NCBI GenBank assembly: GCA_002436105.1
Contig: DIXU01000008.1
Span: 145,979-209,978 of the forward strand
Direction of reading: 5' to 3'
DNA length: 64,000 nucleotides
Origin: Candidatus Aminicenantes bacterium UBA6072
Lineage (GTDB): Bacteria; Acidobacteriota; Aminicenantia; UBA2199
In this document: positions 1 to 11,972 of the stretch, piece after piece
Position numbering within the stretch: the first letter of the stretch is position 1
How the letters are laid out: each line of letters starts with the position of its first letter
Notes under the pieces: generated by a model
The model's database searches: none
The model's input: the letters and a program-made list of their open reading frames with translations, nothing else
What the model was told of the DNA's origin: nothing
Translations under genes and position numbers: made by a program

Positions 1-864
1 GTCGCCTTTGAAGTCGATGGAGACCAGCGGCTCGTAGGTATAGCCCATGATGCCCTTGAGCGGTCCGCCGGCGGCCTTCTCGATCACCTGGCGCACTTCG
101 TCCACCGAGGTATCCTTGGCTACATGCACCACCAGGTCGACCACCGACACGTCGGGAGTCGGGACGCGGATGGAGGTGCCGTGCAATTTTCCCTGCAGAT
201 CCTTGATGACCAGGCCCACGGCCTTGGCGGCGCCGGTCGAGGTGGGGATCATCGATATGCCGGCGGCGCGGCAGCGGCGCAGGTCCTTGTGGGGCAGGTC
301 GAGGATGCGCTGGTCGTTGGTGTAGGCGTGGATGGTGGTCATGTTGCCCTTGAGGATGCGGAAGTGATCGTGCAGCACCTTGGCCAGCGGCGCCACGCAG
401 TTGGTGGTGCAGGAAGCGTTGGAAATGATGCGGTGCTTGCCGCCGTCATAGTCGGCGTCGTTAACGCCCAGGACGATGGTCACGTCGGGATCGGTCGCCG
501 GCGCGGAGATCAGCACTTTTTTTGCCCCGGCCAGCAGATGCTTCTCGGCCTCGGGACGCTTGGTGAACAGCCCGGTGGACTCGACCACCAGGTCGATGCC
601 CAGCTCCTTCCAGGGCAGCTCCGCCGGGTTCTTGACCGCCGAGGCGCTGATCTTGCGGCCGGCGACGCTGATGAATCCTTCCCCGTGGCCGACTTCCTCG
701 GCGAACGTCCCGAAGGTCGAATCGTATTTCAACAGGTGGGCCAGGGTCCGGGTATCGGTGATATCGTTGATGGCCGCGATCTCGATGCCCGGGGTTTTGT
801 ACGCCGTGCGCAGGAAAAGCCTGCCGATCCTGCCGAAACCGTTTATCGCGATTTTATACTTCAT
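1..864 (-). CDS. gap: glyceraldehyde-3-phosphate dehydrogenase (type I), 3' part runs off window start
   Basis: Reverse translation starts MKYKIAINGFGRIGR (NAD-binding motif) and contains the SCTTNC catalytic-Cys motif. ATG at 862-864 is preceded by AGGAGG. Confidence 0.9.
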   Translation of the reverse strand, partial: MKYKIAINGFGRIGRLFLRTAYKTPGIEIAAINDITDTRTLAHLLKYDSTFGTFAEEVGHGEGFISVAGRKISASAVKNPAELPWKELGIDLVVESTGLFTKRPEAEKHLLAGAKKVLISAPATDPDVTIVLGVNDADYDGGKHRIISNASCTTNCVAPLAKVLHDHFRILKGNMTTIHAYTNDQRILDLPHKDLRRCRAAGISMIPTSTGAAKAVGLVIKDLQGKLHGTSIRVPTPDVSVVDLVVHVAKDTSVDEVRQVIEKAAGGPLKGIMGYTYEPLVSIDFKGD

Positions 865-954
865 GATGAACCTCCTTTGTTGGGAACGTAGCATAATGCC
901 GCGATATTTTCAAGGGCGCCGGGCGGCACCGTCCGGGCTTTCGCCGGAGGCAGG

Positions 955-983
955 TTGCATTTTCAGCCCCACTTGCCTATAAT
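955..983 (+). promoter_or_regulatory. sigma70-like promoter: TTGCAT, 17-nt spacer, TATAAT
   Basis: Hexamers read directly at 955-960 and 978-983, about 17 nt upstream of the GGGAGG RBS and ATG at 1000. Confidence 0.5.
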
Positions 984-999
984 CGGGCGGGAGGGCCGC

Positions 1000-1521
1000 A
1001 TGGACATCAAGGAAAGGGCGAGGGAACAGTTGAACTGGCTGGAAAGGATCCTGCACAAGCTGCCTGGCTTCAAAGGCTATTACGAAAGGGAGCTGCGCCG
1101 CGATTCCGACCGCCTGCAGCGCGAGTACATTCTCAAGCAGCAGCGCAAGGTGAAGAGCGGCATGAACAAGCTGATCCAGGCCGCCGCCCGCGCCAAGGAT
1201 TTTGACCTGCTGCGCGAGTACGACCTGTTCGTCCGGGAGATCGACAGGAGCATCGGGGCGCTGCGCTACGCCGACCAGGGCTACAGCGGCTTCTTCGACC
1301 TGGTCAAGATCCGGGAGCCTGAGCTGGACAGGGTGTACGAACAGGACGCCCTGGCCATGGATGCGGCGGAAACCCTCGTTGCCGAGTTCAAGAAGCTGTC
1401 GGCCGCCCCGCTGGATCCGTCGGGCCTCGTTTCCCTGCGCGAGGCACTGGCGCGGATCGACGATCTTTTCGAGAAACGCACCGCCCTGCTGAAGGGGGTG
1501 GATAGAGGAGAAGGCAAATGA
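1000..1521 (+). CDS. hypothetical alpha-helical protein, stop overlaps next start (ATGA)
   Basis: ORF-track frame 955..1521. Start moved to ATG 1000, which has an RBS and lies downstream of the promoter. Co-directional and overlapping with the SPFH gene. Confidence 0.55.
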   Translation: MDIKERAREQLNWLERILHKLPGFKGYYERELRRDSDRLQREYILKQQRKVKSGMNKLIQAAARAKDFDLLREYDLFVREIDRSIGALRYADQGYSGFFDLVKIREPELDRVYEQDALAMDAAETLVAEFKKLSAAPLDPSGLVSLREALARIDDLFEKRTALLKGVDRGEGK

Positions 1522-2558
1522 AACTCGAGATCATCCAGCATTTCGATGCGACCGGCCAGGAGCTGTCGCATCGCGTTCCCGAGAAAGGCTCGAGCGACAT
1601 CAAGCTCGGGGCGCAGCTGATCGTCCAGGAGAACCAGGCCGCCGTCTTCTTCCGCGACGGCAAGGCCCTGGACACCTTCCGGGCCGGGCGCCATGTCCTG
1701 TCGACGATGAACATTCCCCTGCTCACCCGGATGCTCTCCCTGCCCTTCGGATTCAAGTCTCCCTTCCAGGCCCAGGTCTATTTCGTCAATCTCAAGACTT
1801 TCCTCAACCTGAAATGGGGCACCAAGGAGCCGGTCGGATTCAGGGACAGCGAACTCGGCTTCGTCCGCCTGCGCGCCTTCGGCGTCTATTCGCTGAAAGT
1901 CGTCAATCCTCCGCTGTTCATCGGCGAAGTGGCGGGCACCCAGGCCGTATACGCCACCGGCGACATCGAGGATTTTCTGCGCGACCTGCTGGTGGGAAGG
2001 CTGAACGATTTCCTGGGCGAGACGGTCAAAAGCATCTTCGAATTGCCGCAGCATTTCGACGAGATGGCCGTCGCGCTCAAGGGGCGCATCGCCGACGACT
2101 TCGCCAAGTACGGCCTGGAGATCGCCGATTTCGTCATCAATGCCATCACGCCTCCCGAGGAAGTGCAGAAAATGATCGATGAGCGTTCGGGCATGGGCGC
2201 CGTCGGCGACATGGGCAAGTTCGTGCAGTTCAAGGCGGCCAAGGCCATGGAAAAAGCCGCGGAAAAGGGGGGCGAGGCCTCCTCGGGCATGGGCATGGGC
2301 ATGGGAGCGGGCATGGGCATGATGATCCCGGGCATGATCAACCAGGCCATGCAGGAATCGAAGCAGCAGGCCCTTGGCGCGGCCGTCGCAACGGCGACGA
2401 AAACATGCCCCGCCTGCCGGAAAGAGGCGCCGGCGACGGCCAAATTCTGCCCCGAGTGCGGCGCCGAATTCCCCAAGAATTCCTTCTGCAGCCACTGCGG
2501 CACCGCGTTGAAGAAAGGCTCGAAATTCTGCCCCGAGTGCGGCCGGAAAACCTCCTGA
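1518..2558 (+). CDS. SPFH/band-7 domain protein with C-terminal tandem zinc-ribbons (YdjI/COG4260-like)
   Basis: 346 aa. SPFH-like core, a Gly-Met low-complexity linker (GMGMGMGAGMGMM), then CPACRK...CPECG and CSHCG...CPECG zinc-ribbon motifs. Confidence 0.7.
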   Translation: MKLEIIQHFDATGQELSHRVPEKGSSDIKLGAQLIVQENQAAVFFRDGKALDTFRAGRHVLSTMNIPLLTRMLSLPFGFKSPFQAQVYFVNLKTFLNLKWGTKEPVGFRDSELGFVRLRAFGVYSLKVVNPPLFIGEVAGTQAVYATGDIEDFLRDLLVGRLNDFLGETVKSIFELPQHFDEMAVALKGRIADDFAKYGLEIADFVINAITPPEEVQKMIDERSGMGAVGDMGKFVQFKAAKAMEKAAEKGGEASSGMGMGMGAGMGMMIPGMINQAMQESKQQALGAAVATATKTCPACRKEAPATAKFCPECGAEFPKNSFCSHCGTALKKGSKFCPECGRKTS

Positions 2559-2607
2559 GAAGGCAAATCCGGCGCCGGAGGCCGGCGCCGGGGCTTCAGC
2601 TCAGCGC

Positions 2608-3510
2608 ATGAAACGCAGCAGCGAACGGATCCTGCTGATGCTGAACCCTGCCTCCGGATTCATTTCCAAGGACATCGCCGGTTCGCTGATCATCCGCAAG
2701 CTGCGCCGCCATTTCGCCAGTGTTTCACTGGTCAATACCCGCTCGGCGCTGCAGGCCCGGGAGATCGCCCGCCAGGGCTTGAAGCACTTCGACGTGTTCG
2801 TGGCCTTCGGCGGCGACGGCACGGTGAACTCGGTGGCCGGCGCCCTGGTCAACCGCGACAAGATCCTGGGCATCCTCCCGGGCGGCTCGGGAAACGGCCT
2901 GGCGCGCAACCTGGGTCTCCACCTGTCCTGGCTGCGCGCCCTCGATACGCTGATCAGCGGCCAGGACGTGAGCATCGACGCCGGCGACATCAATGGCCGT
3001 CTGTTTTTCAATGTCGCCGGCATGGGGCTGGATGGCCTGATATCCAAGAAATTCAACCTGGAATCCAGGGCGCGCGGCATCCTGCCGTATGTCTATTTCG
3101 CCCTGAAAGGCTATATGGAAATGCCCCCGTTCCGCGTGCGGGTCCGTACCGAAAACAATGAGTTCGAGGAGGACATCCTGATCCTGGCCCTGGCCAACTT
3201 CCGCGAGTACGGCGCCAAGGCCGTCATCGCCCCCCACGCCTCCCCCTACGACCGGCTGCTCGACCTTTGCCTGCTGAAGAAGTTCAATCTGCTGCAGTCA
3301 TCGCTGAACGTGCAGCGGCTGTTCACCGGGACGATCCACAAGTTCCCGTTCTACCGGACGTTCAAGTTCGAGCAGGCGCACATCCGCTCGCTGAGCGGCC
3401 CGATCCCCTATCACTTCGACGGCGAGTACGGAGGCAACGATCTGGAAGCGTTCGACGTGCGCGTGCTGCCGGCGGCGGTGCGCGTGCGCATCCGTTCCAT
3501 CAGGGAATAA
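2608..3510 (+). CDS. lipid kinase, diacylglycerol-kinase catalytic domain family (YegS/BmrU-like)
   Basis: FGGDGTVNSVAGAL motif and LPGGSGNGLARNLG, typical of the DAGK_cat family. Confidence 0.7.
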   Translation: MKRSSERILLMLNPASGFISKDIAGSLIIRKLRRHFASVSLVNTRSALQAREIARQGLKHFDVFVAFGGDGTVNSVAGALVNRDKILGILPGGSGNGLARNLGLHLSWLRALDTLISGQDVSIDAGDINGRLFFNVAGMGLDGLISKKFNLESRARGILPYVYFALKGYMEMPPFRVRVRTENNEFEEDILILALANFREYGAKAVIAPHASPYDRLLDLCLLKKFNLLQSSLNVQRLFTGTIHKFPFYRTFKFEQAHIRSLSGPIPYHFDGEYGGNDLEAFDVRVLPAAVRVRIRSIRE

Positions 3511-3544
3511 AAAAAAAAGGGAAGAATCGCTTCTTCCCTTTTTT
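3511..3544. terminator. bidirectional intrinsic terminator (A8 - GGGAAGAA/TTCTTCCC hairpin - T6)
   Basis: Perfect 8-bp stem with tcgc loop flanked by A-tract and T-tract. Sits between convergent genes 2608..3510(+) and 3560..3991(-). Confidence 0.8.
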
Positions 3545-3559
3545 GCGAGAATGTCCGTT

Positions 3560-3991
3560 TCAGTCCACAGAGGACGCTTTCTGCTCCGTCACCAGGCCGA
3601 GAATTTCGACCTGAGCTTCCTTGATGGCGTTCATCACGTCGACCACCTTGCCGTATGCGGCTTCCAGGTCAGCCTTCAACAGGACCTTCTTTTCGGTCCG
3701 CTGCATTTCCTCCATCTTGTCGAGGATCAGCTGCCCCAACTTCGCCAGATCTTCCACCGGGGTTTCATCCAGAGCCACTTCCCCGGTCTTCTTGACGTAG
3801 ACGGTGAACATCTGGCTGGGATCGGGCTGGTTGGCCACGTACTTGGCTTCAGGCAGAGTGACGTTGGCCCCCTTCTGGATCATTGGCGTCACGATCATGA
3901 AAATGATCAGCAATACCAGGAGGATATCGCAGAGAGGCACAACGTTTGGTTCAGACTTCGCGGTGCTCGTCCCGCCGATATCGACGCTCAT
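3560..3991 (-). CDS. exbD: biopolymer transport protein ExbD/TolR
   Basis: 143 aa with a single N-terminal TM and an ExbD-like periplasmic domain. Downstream of exbB and tonB on the same strand. Confidence 0.8.
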   Translation of the reverse strand: MSVDIGGTSTAKSEPNVVPLCDILLVLLIIFMIVTPMIQKGANVTLPEAKYVANQPDPSQMFTVYVKKTGEVALDETPVEDLAKLGQLILDKMEEMQRTEKKVLLKADLEAAYGKVVDVMNAIKEAQVEILGLVTEQKASSVD

Positions 3992-4003
3992 AGTCGACTC
4001 CCT

Positions 4004-4678
4004 TTACTTGGACTTCAGCTTGATAAAATGATCAATCAGCTCCGAGGAGGCGTTGGCCATTTCACCGGTGAAGATGTCCACGCGGTTCAGCAACACGTTG
4101 AAGAACCAGACGGCAACGACGGCAACGATGATGCCGAAGCCGGTGGTGATCAGGGCCTCGGCGATGCCGCCGGCGACGGCGCCGATGCCGCCCGATCCGG
4201 AGACCTTCATGCCCTGGAAGGCGGTGATGATGCCGAACACGGTGCCGAACAGGCCGACGAACGGACCGGTGGAGCCGATGGTCGCCAGGCCGTTCAAGCC
4301 TCTCTTGAATTCCTGAACGCCCTTGATGGTGGCGCGCTCAATGGCCCGCTTGGCGGATTCGACCACTTCGGGCTGGGCCGAGCGGTTGTCCTGCTGGAAC
4401 TGCAGCTCGTTCAGGCCGGCGACCAGCACCTTGGCCAGGTGGCTGTTCTTGAAGCGCTTGTCGGAGGACAGCTTGATGGATTCCTCCACCTTGCCCTCGC
4501 GCCAGAGGCCGGAGATCAGCTTGAGCAGGTCGCGGGACTGCTTTTTCGCCTTGTTGAACACGATCGCCCTTTCGATGCCGGTGGCGAAGCAATAGACCGA
4601 CATGAACAAGAGGGTGAAGACGACCGCCCGGGGAACAAAACTCATACTGTGCCACATTTCAACTAGATCCCATGACAT
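4004..4678 (-). CDS. exbB: MotA/TolQ/ExbB proton-channel protein
   Basis: 224 aa with three TM segments. Conserved C-terminal TolQ/ExbB region (GLxGTVxGI). Confidence 0.8.
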   Translation of the reverse strand: MSWDLVEMWHSMSFVPRAVVFTLLFMSVYCFATGIERAIVFNKAKKQSRDLLKLISGLWREGKVEESIKLSSDKRFKNSHLAKVLVAGLNELQFQQDNRSAQPEVVESAKRAIERATIKGVQEFKRGLNGLATIGSTGPFVGLFGTVFGIITAFQGMKVSGSGGIGAVAGGIAEALITTGFGIIVAVVAVWFFNVLLNRVDIFTGEMANASSELIDHFIKLKSK

Positions 4679-4739
4679 AGGAAACCTCCTAAATTGGTTT
4701 TATTTATTAATTCTGCCCGTGGATTTGACCACGTGGGAA

Positions 4740-5489
4740 TTACTGGTTCTGCAGGGTGAACGTGACCGTGGCCGTGAAAATGACCGGCTTCGGGATGCCG
4801 TTCAGGATGTACGGCTCATAGACCCATTGCTTGATGGCGCTGATGGCCGCGTCATTGAGCAGCGGGTGGCCGGCCACGACCCGGGCGTTGCGCACGCGGC
4901 CGTAAATGTCGGTCATGGCCTCGATGATGACCACGCCCTGGATGCGGGCCGTCAGGGCGATCTGGGGATAGATGGGCTTGACCTGCTTGATCAGCTTGGG
5001 ACGCTGCACGCTGGCGATGCGGATGGCCTGGTCGGCCCCCTCGATCAGCTGGCCGCCCTCAACGCCGCCCAGGACGCCGCCGACAACGCCGCCTTCGACT
5101 CCGCCCTCGACGCCGCCCTCGACGCCGCCATCGATCCCGAAGCTGCCGATGTCCTCTTCCTGGATGATCGTGGGCACCTCGATGGGTGCGACCAGGCGGC
5201 CGGCGATGATCGGCCGCGCTTCGACTTTTTTGGCCTCTTCAGCGGCTTTCTGCTGGCCGCCGCTCTTTTTCTTGGCCGCCGGCGGGGGCGGGGGCGGGGG
5301 CGGGGGCGGGGAACCGATGAAGACATTGGTCACCTTGATTTCCGGCAGGTTGGAGTCGGCCATCATCAAGGGGACAACGACAAAGGAAGCGACCGCGATG
5401 CCATGGATCAGCAGAGAGATGGGCAGGGTCAAGTATTTCTTGGTTGCTTTGCGCTTCTCTCCCGATATGATCAAGGATTCGCCAAACAT
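4740..5489 (-). CDS. tonB: energy transducer TonB (Pro-rich and GGVEGG-repeat linker)
   Basis: N-terminal TM, a P11 tract, (K/A/E)-rich and GGVEGGVEGGV repeats, and a C-terminal TonB domain. RBS GGAGG upstream of ATG 5489. Confidence 0.8.
   Translation of the reverse strand: MFGESLIISGEKRKATKKYLTLPISLLIHGIAVASFVVVPLMMADSNLPEIKVTNVFIGSPPPPPPPPPPAAKKKSGGQQKAAEEAKKVEARPIIAGRLVAPIEVPTIIQEEDIGSFGIDGGVEGGVEGGVEGGVVGGVLGGVEGGQLIEGADQAIRIASVQRPKLIKQVKPIYPQIALTARIQGVVIIEAMTDIYGRVRNARVVAGHPLLNDAAISAIKQWVYEPYILNGIPKPVIFTATVTFTLQNQ
5058..5312. repeat. in-frame coding microsatellites inside tonB: 12-nt GACGCCGCCCTC-like repeats and (GGGGGC)n
   Basis: About 7 tandem 12-mers at 5058-5140 (encoding GGVEGG) and a (GGGGGC)x5-6 tract at 5281-5311 (encoding poly-Pro), read directly. 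Confidence 0.7.
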
Positions 5490-5569
5490 GCTAGGCCTCC
5501 ATAGTAGTATTTTGATAATATTTCCAAGTCATCTTATATAACAAAAGCGCGCGCAATTCAAGCCCAATT

Positions 5570-6745
5570 TCAACTTTTTTTTCTTTTTAGCAGGAACCGC
5601 TCCCAGACCTTCAGCCAGGCGCAGGACTGGTAGATCGTCGAATAGGAACCGGCGATGACCCCGACCAGCATGGTGAAGGCGAAGGGACGGATCACTTCGC
5701 CGCCGAATAGGAACAGGGAAAGGACGGTGAGCAGCACGGTCAGGGAGGTGAAAATGGATCGGCTCAGCGTCTGGTTGATGCTCTTGTCCAGAATGGCTTC
5801 CAGGTTGTCCTTTCTCATGATCTTGAGGTTGTCGCGCAGGCGATCGAAGACGACGATGGTATCGTTGATCGAGTAGCCGGTGATGGTCAGCAGGGCCGCG
5901 ACGACCTGCAGCGACATCTCGACGCGGAAGAAGAGGATGAAGGCGAGGGCGATCAGCACGTCGTGGGCCAGGGTAAGGATGCCCGACAGCCCGAACAGCA
6001 GCTTGAAGCGGAAGCCGATATAGATCAGCATGCCGATCAGGGCCCAGATGCAGGCCAGCATGGCCTTGCGCCGCAGGTCCTTTCCCACCTGCGGGCCGAC
6101 GAACTCGACGCTCAGGAACGTGTACCGGCCCAGGAACGCCTTGGAACGCAGCATGGAGATGACGCGGTTCTTGACGCCGGCCTTCTCCAGCTCGGAAAAA
6201 TCGCCGATGATGCCGCTGCCGCTCTTGCGCAGGCCGATGATCAGCCGGGCGCTCTCCCGGGCGTCCTCGTCGGTGATGCCCTGCTCGCGCAGGAAGCGGG
6301 CGATCTCGCCCTCGGCGCTGTTGTTCAGGTCGATCCTGCCCGCGGCGGCCTGGGCGCGCCCGGCTTCGTCCATAATGCCCTGGCGGATCTCGCGGGCCAC
6401 CAGCTCGTACTCCTCGATGTCCTCCAGCTCCTCGCCGCCCTGCAGGTTCAGTTTCTTCAGCGAGGCCAGGGTCTTGATGAAGAACTTGTTCTCGCCGCCG
6501 ATGCGGGTGATCTGGGCGTCACCCAGGTTGATACTGGCCAGCGCGGCGCGCAGCTGGTTGACCGAAGTCGGCTCCTGGAAGCTCACCTCGATGAGGGTAC
6601 CCCCGGAAAAGTCGATGCCCCAGTTGAAGCCGCGGGTGGCAAATATGAACACCCCAGCCAGGATGATCAGCCCCGAAAGAGCGAACGCGACATGGCGCTT
6701 ATTGATGAATTTGAACTTGGGTTCTTCCTTGAATAGCTTAAGCAT
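5570..6745 (-). CDS. secF: protein translocase subunit SecF (with extra periplasmic insertion)
   Basis: C-terminal six-TM SecF domain. Immediately downstream of secD on the same strand. Confidence 0.85.
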   Translation of the reverse strand: MLKLFKEEPKFKFINKRHVAFALSGLIILAGVFIFATRGFNWGIDFSGGTLIEVSFQEPTSVNQLRAALASINLGDAQITRIGGENKFFIKTLASLKKLNLQGGEELEDIEEYELVAREIRQGIMDEAGRAQAAAGRIDLNNSAEGEIARFLREQGITDEDARESARLIIGLRKSGSGIIGDFSELEKAGVKNRVISMLRSKAFLGRYTFLSVEFVGPQVGKDLRRKAMLACIWALIGMLIYIGFRFKLLFGLSGILTLAHDVLIALAFILFFRVEMSLQVVAALLTITGYSINDTIVVFDRLRDNLKIMRKDNLEAILDKSINQTLSRSIFTSLTVLLTVLSLFLFGGEVIRPFAFTMLVGVIAGSYSTIYQSCAWLKVWERFLLKRKKS

Positions 6746-6754
6746 CTTCCTCTC

Positions 6755-8302
6755 CTATATGCTGATCCGGGACAGCTTCCTGCGCCGGCCGTAGGTCAGT
6801 TCGAAGATCACCCGCGAAACGAAGATGGCGGTGAACATGCTGGCCGCGATGCCGATGATCAGGGTGACGGCGAAGCCCTTGATGGGGCCGGTGCCGAACT
6901 GGAACAGGAAAACCGCCGAGATGACGGTGGTCAGGTTGGCGTCGAAGATGGTCCAGAAGGCCTTCTTGAAGCCGGCATCGATGGCCGACTTGGGCGACTT
7001 GCCGGCGGCGAGCTCCTCGCGGATGCGCTCGAAGATCAGCACGTTGGCATCCACGGCCATGCCGATGGACAGGATGATGCCGGCGATGCCCGGCAGGGAG
7101 AGCGTGGCGCGGAAATAGGCCATGATGCCCATCAGGATCAGCATGTTCAGCACCAGCGCCAGCACCGAGTTGATGCCCGCGGCGCGATAGTAGACCAGCA
7201 TGAAGAGGATGACCAGCAGCAGGCCGCCCAGGGCGGCGGTCAGCCCCTTGCGGATCGAGTCGGCTCCCAGCGAGGGGCCGATGGTCCGCTCCTCGATGTA
7301 TTTCAGCGGCGCCGGCAGGGCGCCGGAGCGCAGCACCAGCACCAGGTCGTCCACCTCGTCCATGGTGAAGCGGCCCTTGATGATGCCGTCGGCGGAAATG
7401 ACGTCCTGGATGGTGGCCACGCTCTCGATGCGCTCGTCGAGGACGATGGAGAGCGGCTTGCCGATGTTGGCCGCGGTGAACCTCTCGAACTGGGCCGCCC
7501 CCTGGGAGTTGAAGGAGAAGCCGACGGCCGGGGCGCCGTATTCGTCCTGGGCGCGCCGGGCGCCCTTGAGGTCCTTCCCCGGGACGACGGTGGCCGCCTT
7601 CAGCACGTAAAAACCCTTGTCGAGGCGCCGCGGGTTAGTGCGCACGATCTCCAGGTCGTCGGGCAGCTGGCCGTTGTACTCCTGGAGCGCCGCCTCCTCG
7701 GTCAGGTACGGCCCGCCGACGACCAGGTGGAACTCCAGCATGGCCGTGCTCTTGATCAGGCCCTTGACGCGCTCGGGGTTGTCGATGCCGGGCAACTCGA
7801 TCAGGATGCGGTCACCGGCCAGCCCCTCCTTCTGGATGGTGGGCTCGGCGACGCCGAACTCGTCGACGCGGTTGCGGATGGTCTCCAGGGCCTGGTCCAC
7901 CGACTGCTCGCGCAACTGCAGCTCGATGTTCGGGCGCAGCGCCAGCGAGACCAGGTTGCCGCCGACGGTATAGGTCCAGTCGCGGAAATCGTCGTCGAGG
8001 ATATCCTTGATCCTGCGCTCGTCCTCGACCCGGGTGCCGGTGATCTCGATCTGGTTGAAGCCCCGGCGTCCGATCTTGTCGTACGGGATGCTGCCGTCCT
8101 TGAACAGGCCGCGCAGCTGGGTGGCGCTCATGTCGGTCTGGATGGCCAGCGCCTCGTCGGTGACGACTTCCATGACCAGGTGCATGCCGCCCTTCAGGTC
8201 CAGCCCCAGGTTGATCTTGTCCTTGGGCGGGTACAGCAAAAAGATCGAAAGGGCGATCACGGCGATGATCAGCCCGATTTTCCAGGTCAACGACTTGTCC
8301 AT
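6755..8302 (-). CDS. secD: protein translocase subunit SecD
   Basis: 515 aa with a SecD periplasmic domain and C-terminal six-TM region. Sits in the tgt-yajC-secD-secF order. Confidence 0.9.
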   Translation of the reverse strand: MDKSLTWKIGLIIAVIALSIFLLYPPKDKINLGLDLKGGMHLVMEVVTDEALAIQTDMSATQLRGLFKDGSIPYDKIGRRGFNQIEITGTRVEDERRIKDILDDDFRDWTYTVGGNLVSLALRPNIELQLREQSVDQALETIRNRVDEFGVAEPTIQKEGLAGDRILIELPGIDNPERVKGLIKSTAMLEFHLVVGGPYLTEEAALQEYNGQLPDDLEIVRTNPRRLDKGFYVLKAATVVPGKDLKGARRAQDEYGAPAVGFSFNSQGAAQFERFTAANIGKPLSIVLDERIESVATIQDVISADGIIKGRFTMDEVDDLVLVLRSGALPAPLKYIEERTIGPSLGADSIRKGLTAALGGLLLVILFMLVYYRAAGINSVLALVLNMLILMGIMAYFRATLSLPGIAGIILSIGMAVDANVLIFERIREELAAGKSPKSAIDAGFKKAFWTIFDANLTTVISAVFLFQFGTGPIKGFAVTLIIGIAASMFTAIFVSRVIFELTYGRRRKLSRISI

Positions 8303-8383
8303 CGTGTTCCTCCTTGGTTACTGCGGGTTTGCGGCGCGGAAAGGATCGACGCTTCCGCCGCCGCGAGCGACCGGCAGGGAATG

Positions 8384-8698
8384 CTACCGGGCCTTGGGGG
8401 TCTCGTCAACGACCGTGGAGATGGAGCCCTTGGCCACCTGGATGCGGGTGTTGGCGTCCACCTGGATCTCGAAGCGGTCGTCCATGACGCGATTGACCGT
8501 GCCGTAGAGGCCGCCGGCGGTGATGACGCGCTCCCCGCCCTTGAGCGAGGAGATCAGGTTCTGGTGCTGCTTCTGCTTCTTGCGGGCCGGCAAGATGATC
8601 AGCAGGTAAAAAATGACGAAAATGACGACGAAGGGGATCATCGAAACCAGCATGTTGGGCTGGCCGGCGCCGCCCGCGGTTTGTCCGAAGAGATACAT
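8384..8698 (-). CDS. yajC: preprotein translocase subunit YajC
   Basis: Start set to MYLFGQT (ATG 8696-8698, RBS AAGGAG). Single TM then the conserved YajC core (GGLYGTV). The ORF-track N-terminal extension is discarded. Confidence 0.8.
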   Translation of the reverse strand: MYLFGQTAGGAGQPNMLVSMIPFVVIFVIFYLLIILPARKKQKQHQNLISSLKGGERVITAGGLYGTVNRVMDDRFEIQVDANTRIQVAKGSISTVVDETPKAR

Positions 8699-8699
8699 C

Positions 8700-10860
<2,161 letters not shown>

Positions 10861-10917
10861 GATCGTGACCTCCATGAACGTATTTGGCAGCAAGCGCCGG
10901 CGGAACGGTCCCGGCCG

Positions 10918-11850
10918 TTACGCCTGCAGCTGGTTCTTAAAATAGGCGATGGTCTCGCGCAGGCCGTCCTGGAGCGGGACCTTGATCTCCCAGCCCAATT
11001 TTTCCCGGGCCAGCGTGATGTCGGGACGGCGCCGGACCGGGTCGTCGACGGGAAGCTCGCGAAAAACCAACTTGGATCGCGAGGCGGTCAGGCGCAGGGT
11101 CAGCTCGGCCAGCTCCAGGACGGTGATTTCCTCGGGATTGCCCAGGTTGAACGGCCCGCTGATCCCCTCCTGCTCCATCATGCGCACCGCGCCCTCGATC
11201 ATGTCGGAGACGTAGCAGAACGAGCGTGTCTGCTCTCCCCTGCCGAAGATGGTGATCGGCTGGTGGCGCAGCGCCTGGACGATGAAATTGCTGACCACGC
11301 GGCCGTCGTCGAGGGCCATGCGCGGGCCATAGGTGTTGAAGATGCGCGCGATGCGGATATCGACGCCGTTCTGGACATGGTAATTGACCAGCAGCGATTC
11401 GGCCACGCGCTTGCCTTCGTCGTAGCAGGAGCGCGGGCCGATGGGATTCACCCGCCCCCAGTAGGACTCCTGCTGCGGGTGCTGCTCGGGGTCGCCGTAC
11501 ACCTCCGATGTCGACGCCTGCAGGATGCGCGCCTTGACCCGCTTGGCCAGCCCGAGCATGTTGATGGTCCCCAGCACCGAGGTTTTTATGGTCTTGACCG
11601 GGTTGAGTTGATAGTGGACCGGAGAGGCCGGGCAGGCAAAATTGTAGATGCGATCGGCCTCGAGCAGGATGGGATTGATGACGTCATGACGGATGAGCTC
11701 GAAATGGCCGTTGGCCAGCAGGTGGCGGATGTTGCCCTTGCGGCCGGTGAAAAAATTGTCCAGGCCGATCACATCGTGCCCCCTGGCCAGCAGGGCGTCG
11801 CATAGGTGGGAGCCCAGGAAACCGGCCGCCCCGGTCACCAGGTCGATCAT
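10918..11850 (-). CDS. UDP-glucuronate decarboxylase / UDP-xylose synthase-like NAD-dependent epimerase-dehydratase
   Basis: [10 protein letters not shown] Rossmann motif and a YDEGKR catalytic motif characteristic of the UXS/ArnA-decarboxylase subgroup. Confidence 0.8.
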   Translation of the reverse strand: MIDLVTGAAGFLGSHLCDALLARGHDVIGLDNFFTGRKGNIRHLLANGHFELIRHDVINPILLEADRIYNFACPASPVHYQLNPVKTIKTSVLGTINMLGLAKRVKARILQASTSEVYGDPEQHPQQESYWGRVNPIGPRSCYDEGKRVAESLLVNYHVQNGVDIRIARIFNTYGPRMALDDGRVVSNFIVQALRHQPITIFGRGEQTRSFCYVSDMIEGAVRMMEQEGISGPFNLGNPEEITVLELAELTLRLTASRSKLVFRELPVDDPVRRRPDITLAREKLGWEIKVPLQDGLRETIAYFKNQLQA

Positions 11851-11938
11851 GTCAGCCCTCCTCGATCCGAATCACCCGGCCATTCTATCCCAAAACCACC
11901 CCGCAGGCAAGCCGGAGGCGGCCGCGGCCGGGCGGCCA

Positions 11939-11967
11939 TTGACTTGCCGCCCGGGATGCAATATAAT
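11939..11967 (+). promoter_or_regulatory. consensus sigma70 promoter (TTGACT-17-TATAAT) placing feoA start at the predicted TSS (leaderless)
   Basis: Hexamers at 11939-11944 and 11962-11967. feoA ATG at 11973 lies 5-6 nt after the -10, and no RBS is possible. Confidence 0.55.
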
Positions 11968-11972
11968 ATTCA

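Noticed and set aside
124-891. ORF-track ORFs antisense to real genes (for example 124..891+, 1281..2495-, 9640..11805+, 12286..14154-, 14807..15706-, 19729..21117+, 25021..27915+, 40770..42155+, 44167..46578+)
   Set aside because: High-GC shadow frames. Gly/Arg/Ala/Pro-rich low-complexity translations without motifs, each fully overlapping a gene with clear family signatures on the other strand.
2559-2607. GC hairpin CCGGCGCCGG-agg-CCGGCGCCGG after the SPFH gene
   Set aside because: Not followed by a U-tract and the next gene starts 25 nt later on the same strand. More likely an intra-operon structure than a terminator.
5520-5569. Possible tonB-operon promoter (TTGAAT…TATAAG on minus strand) with GCGCGCGC element
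   Set aside because: Spacer and hexamer assignment ambiguous (15 versus 17 nt), so not called as a feature.
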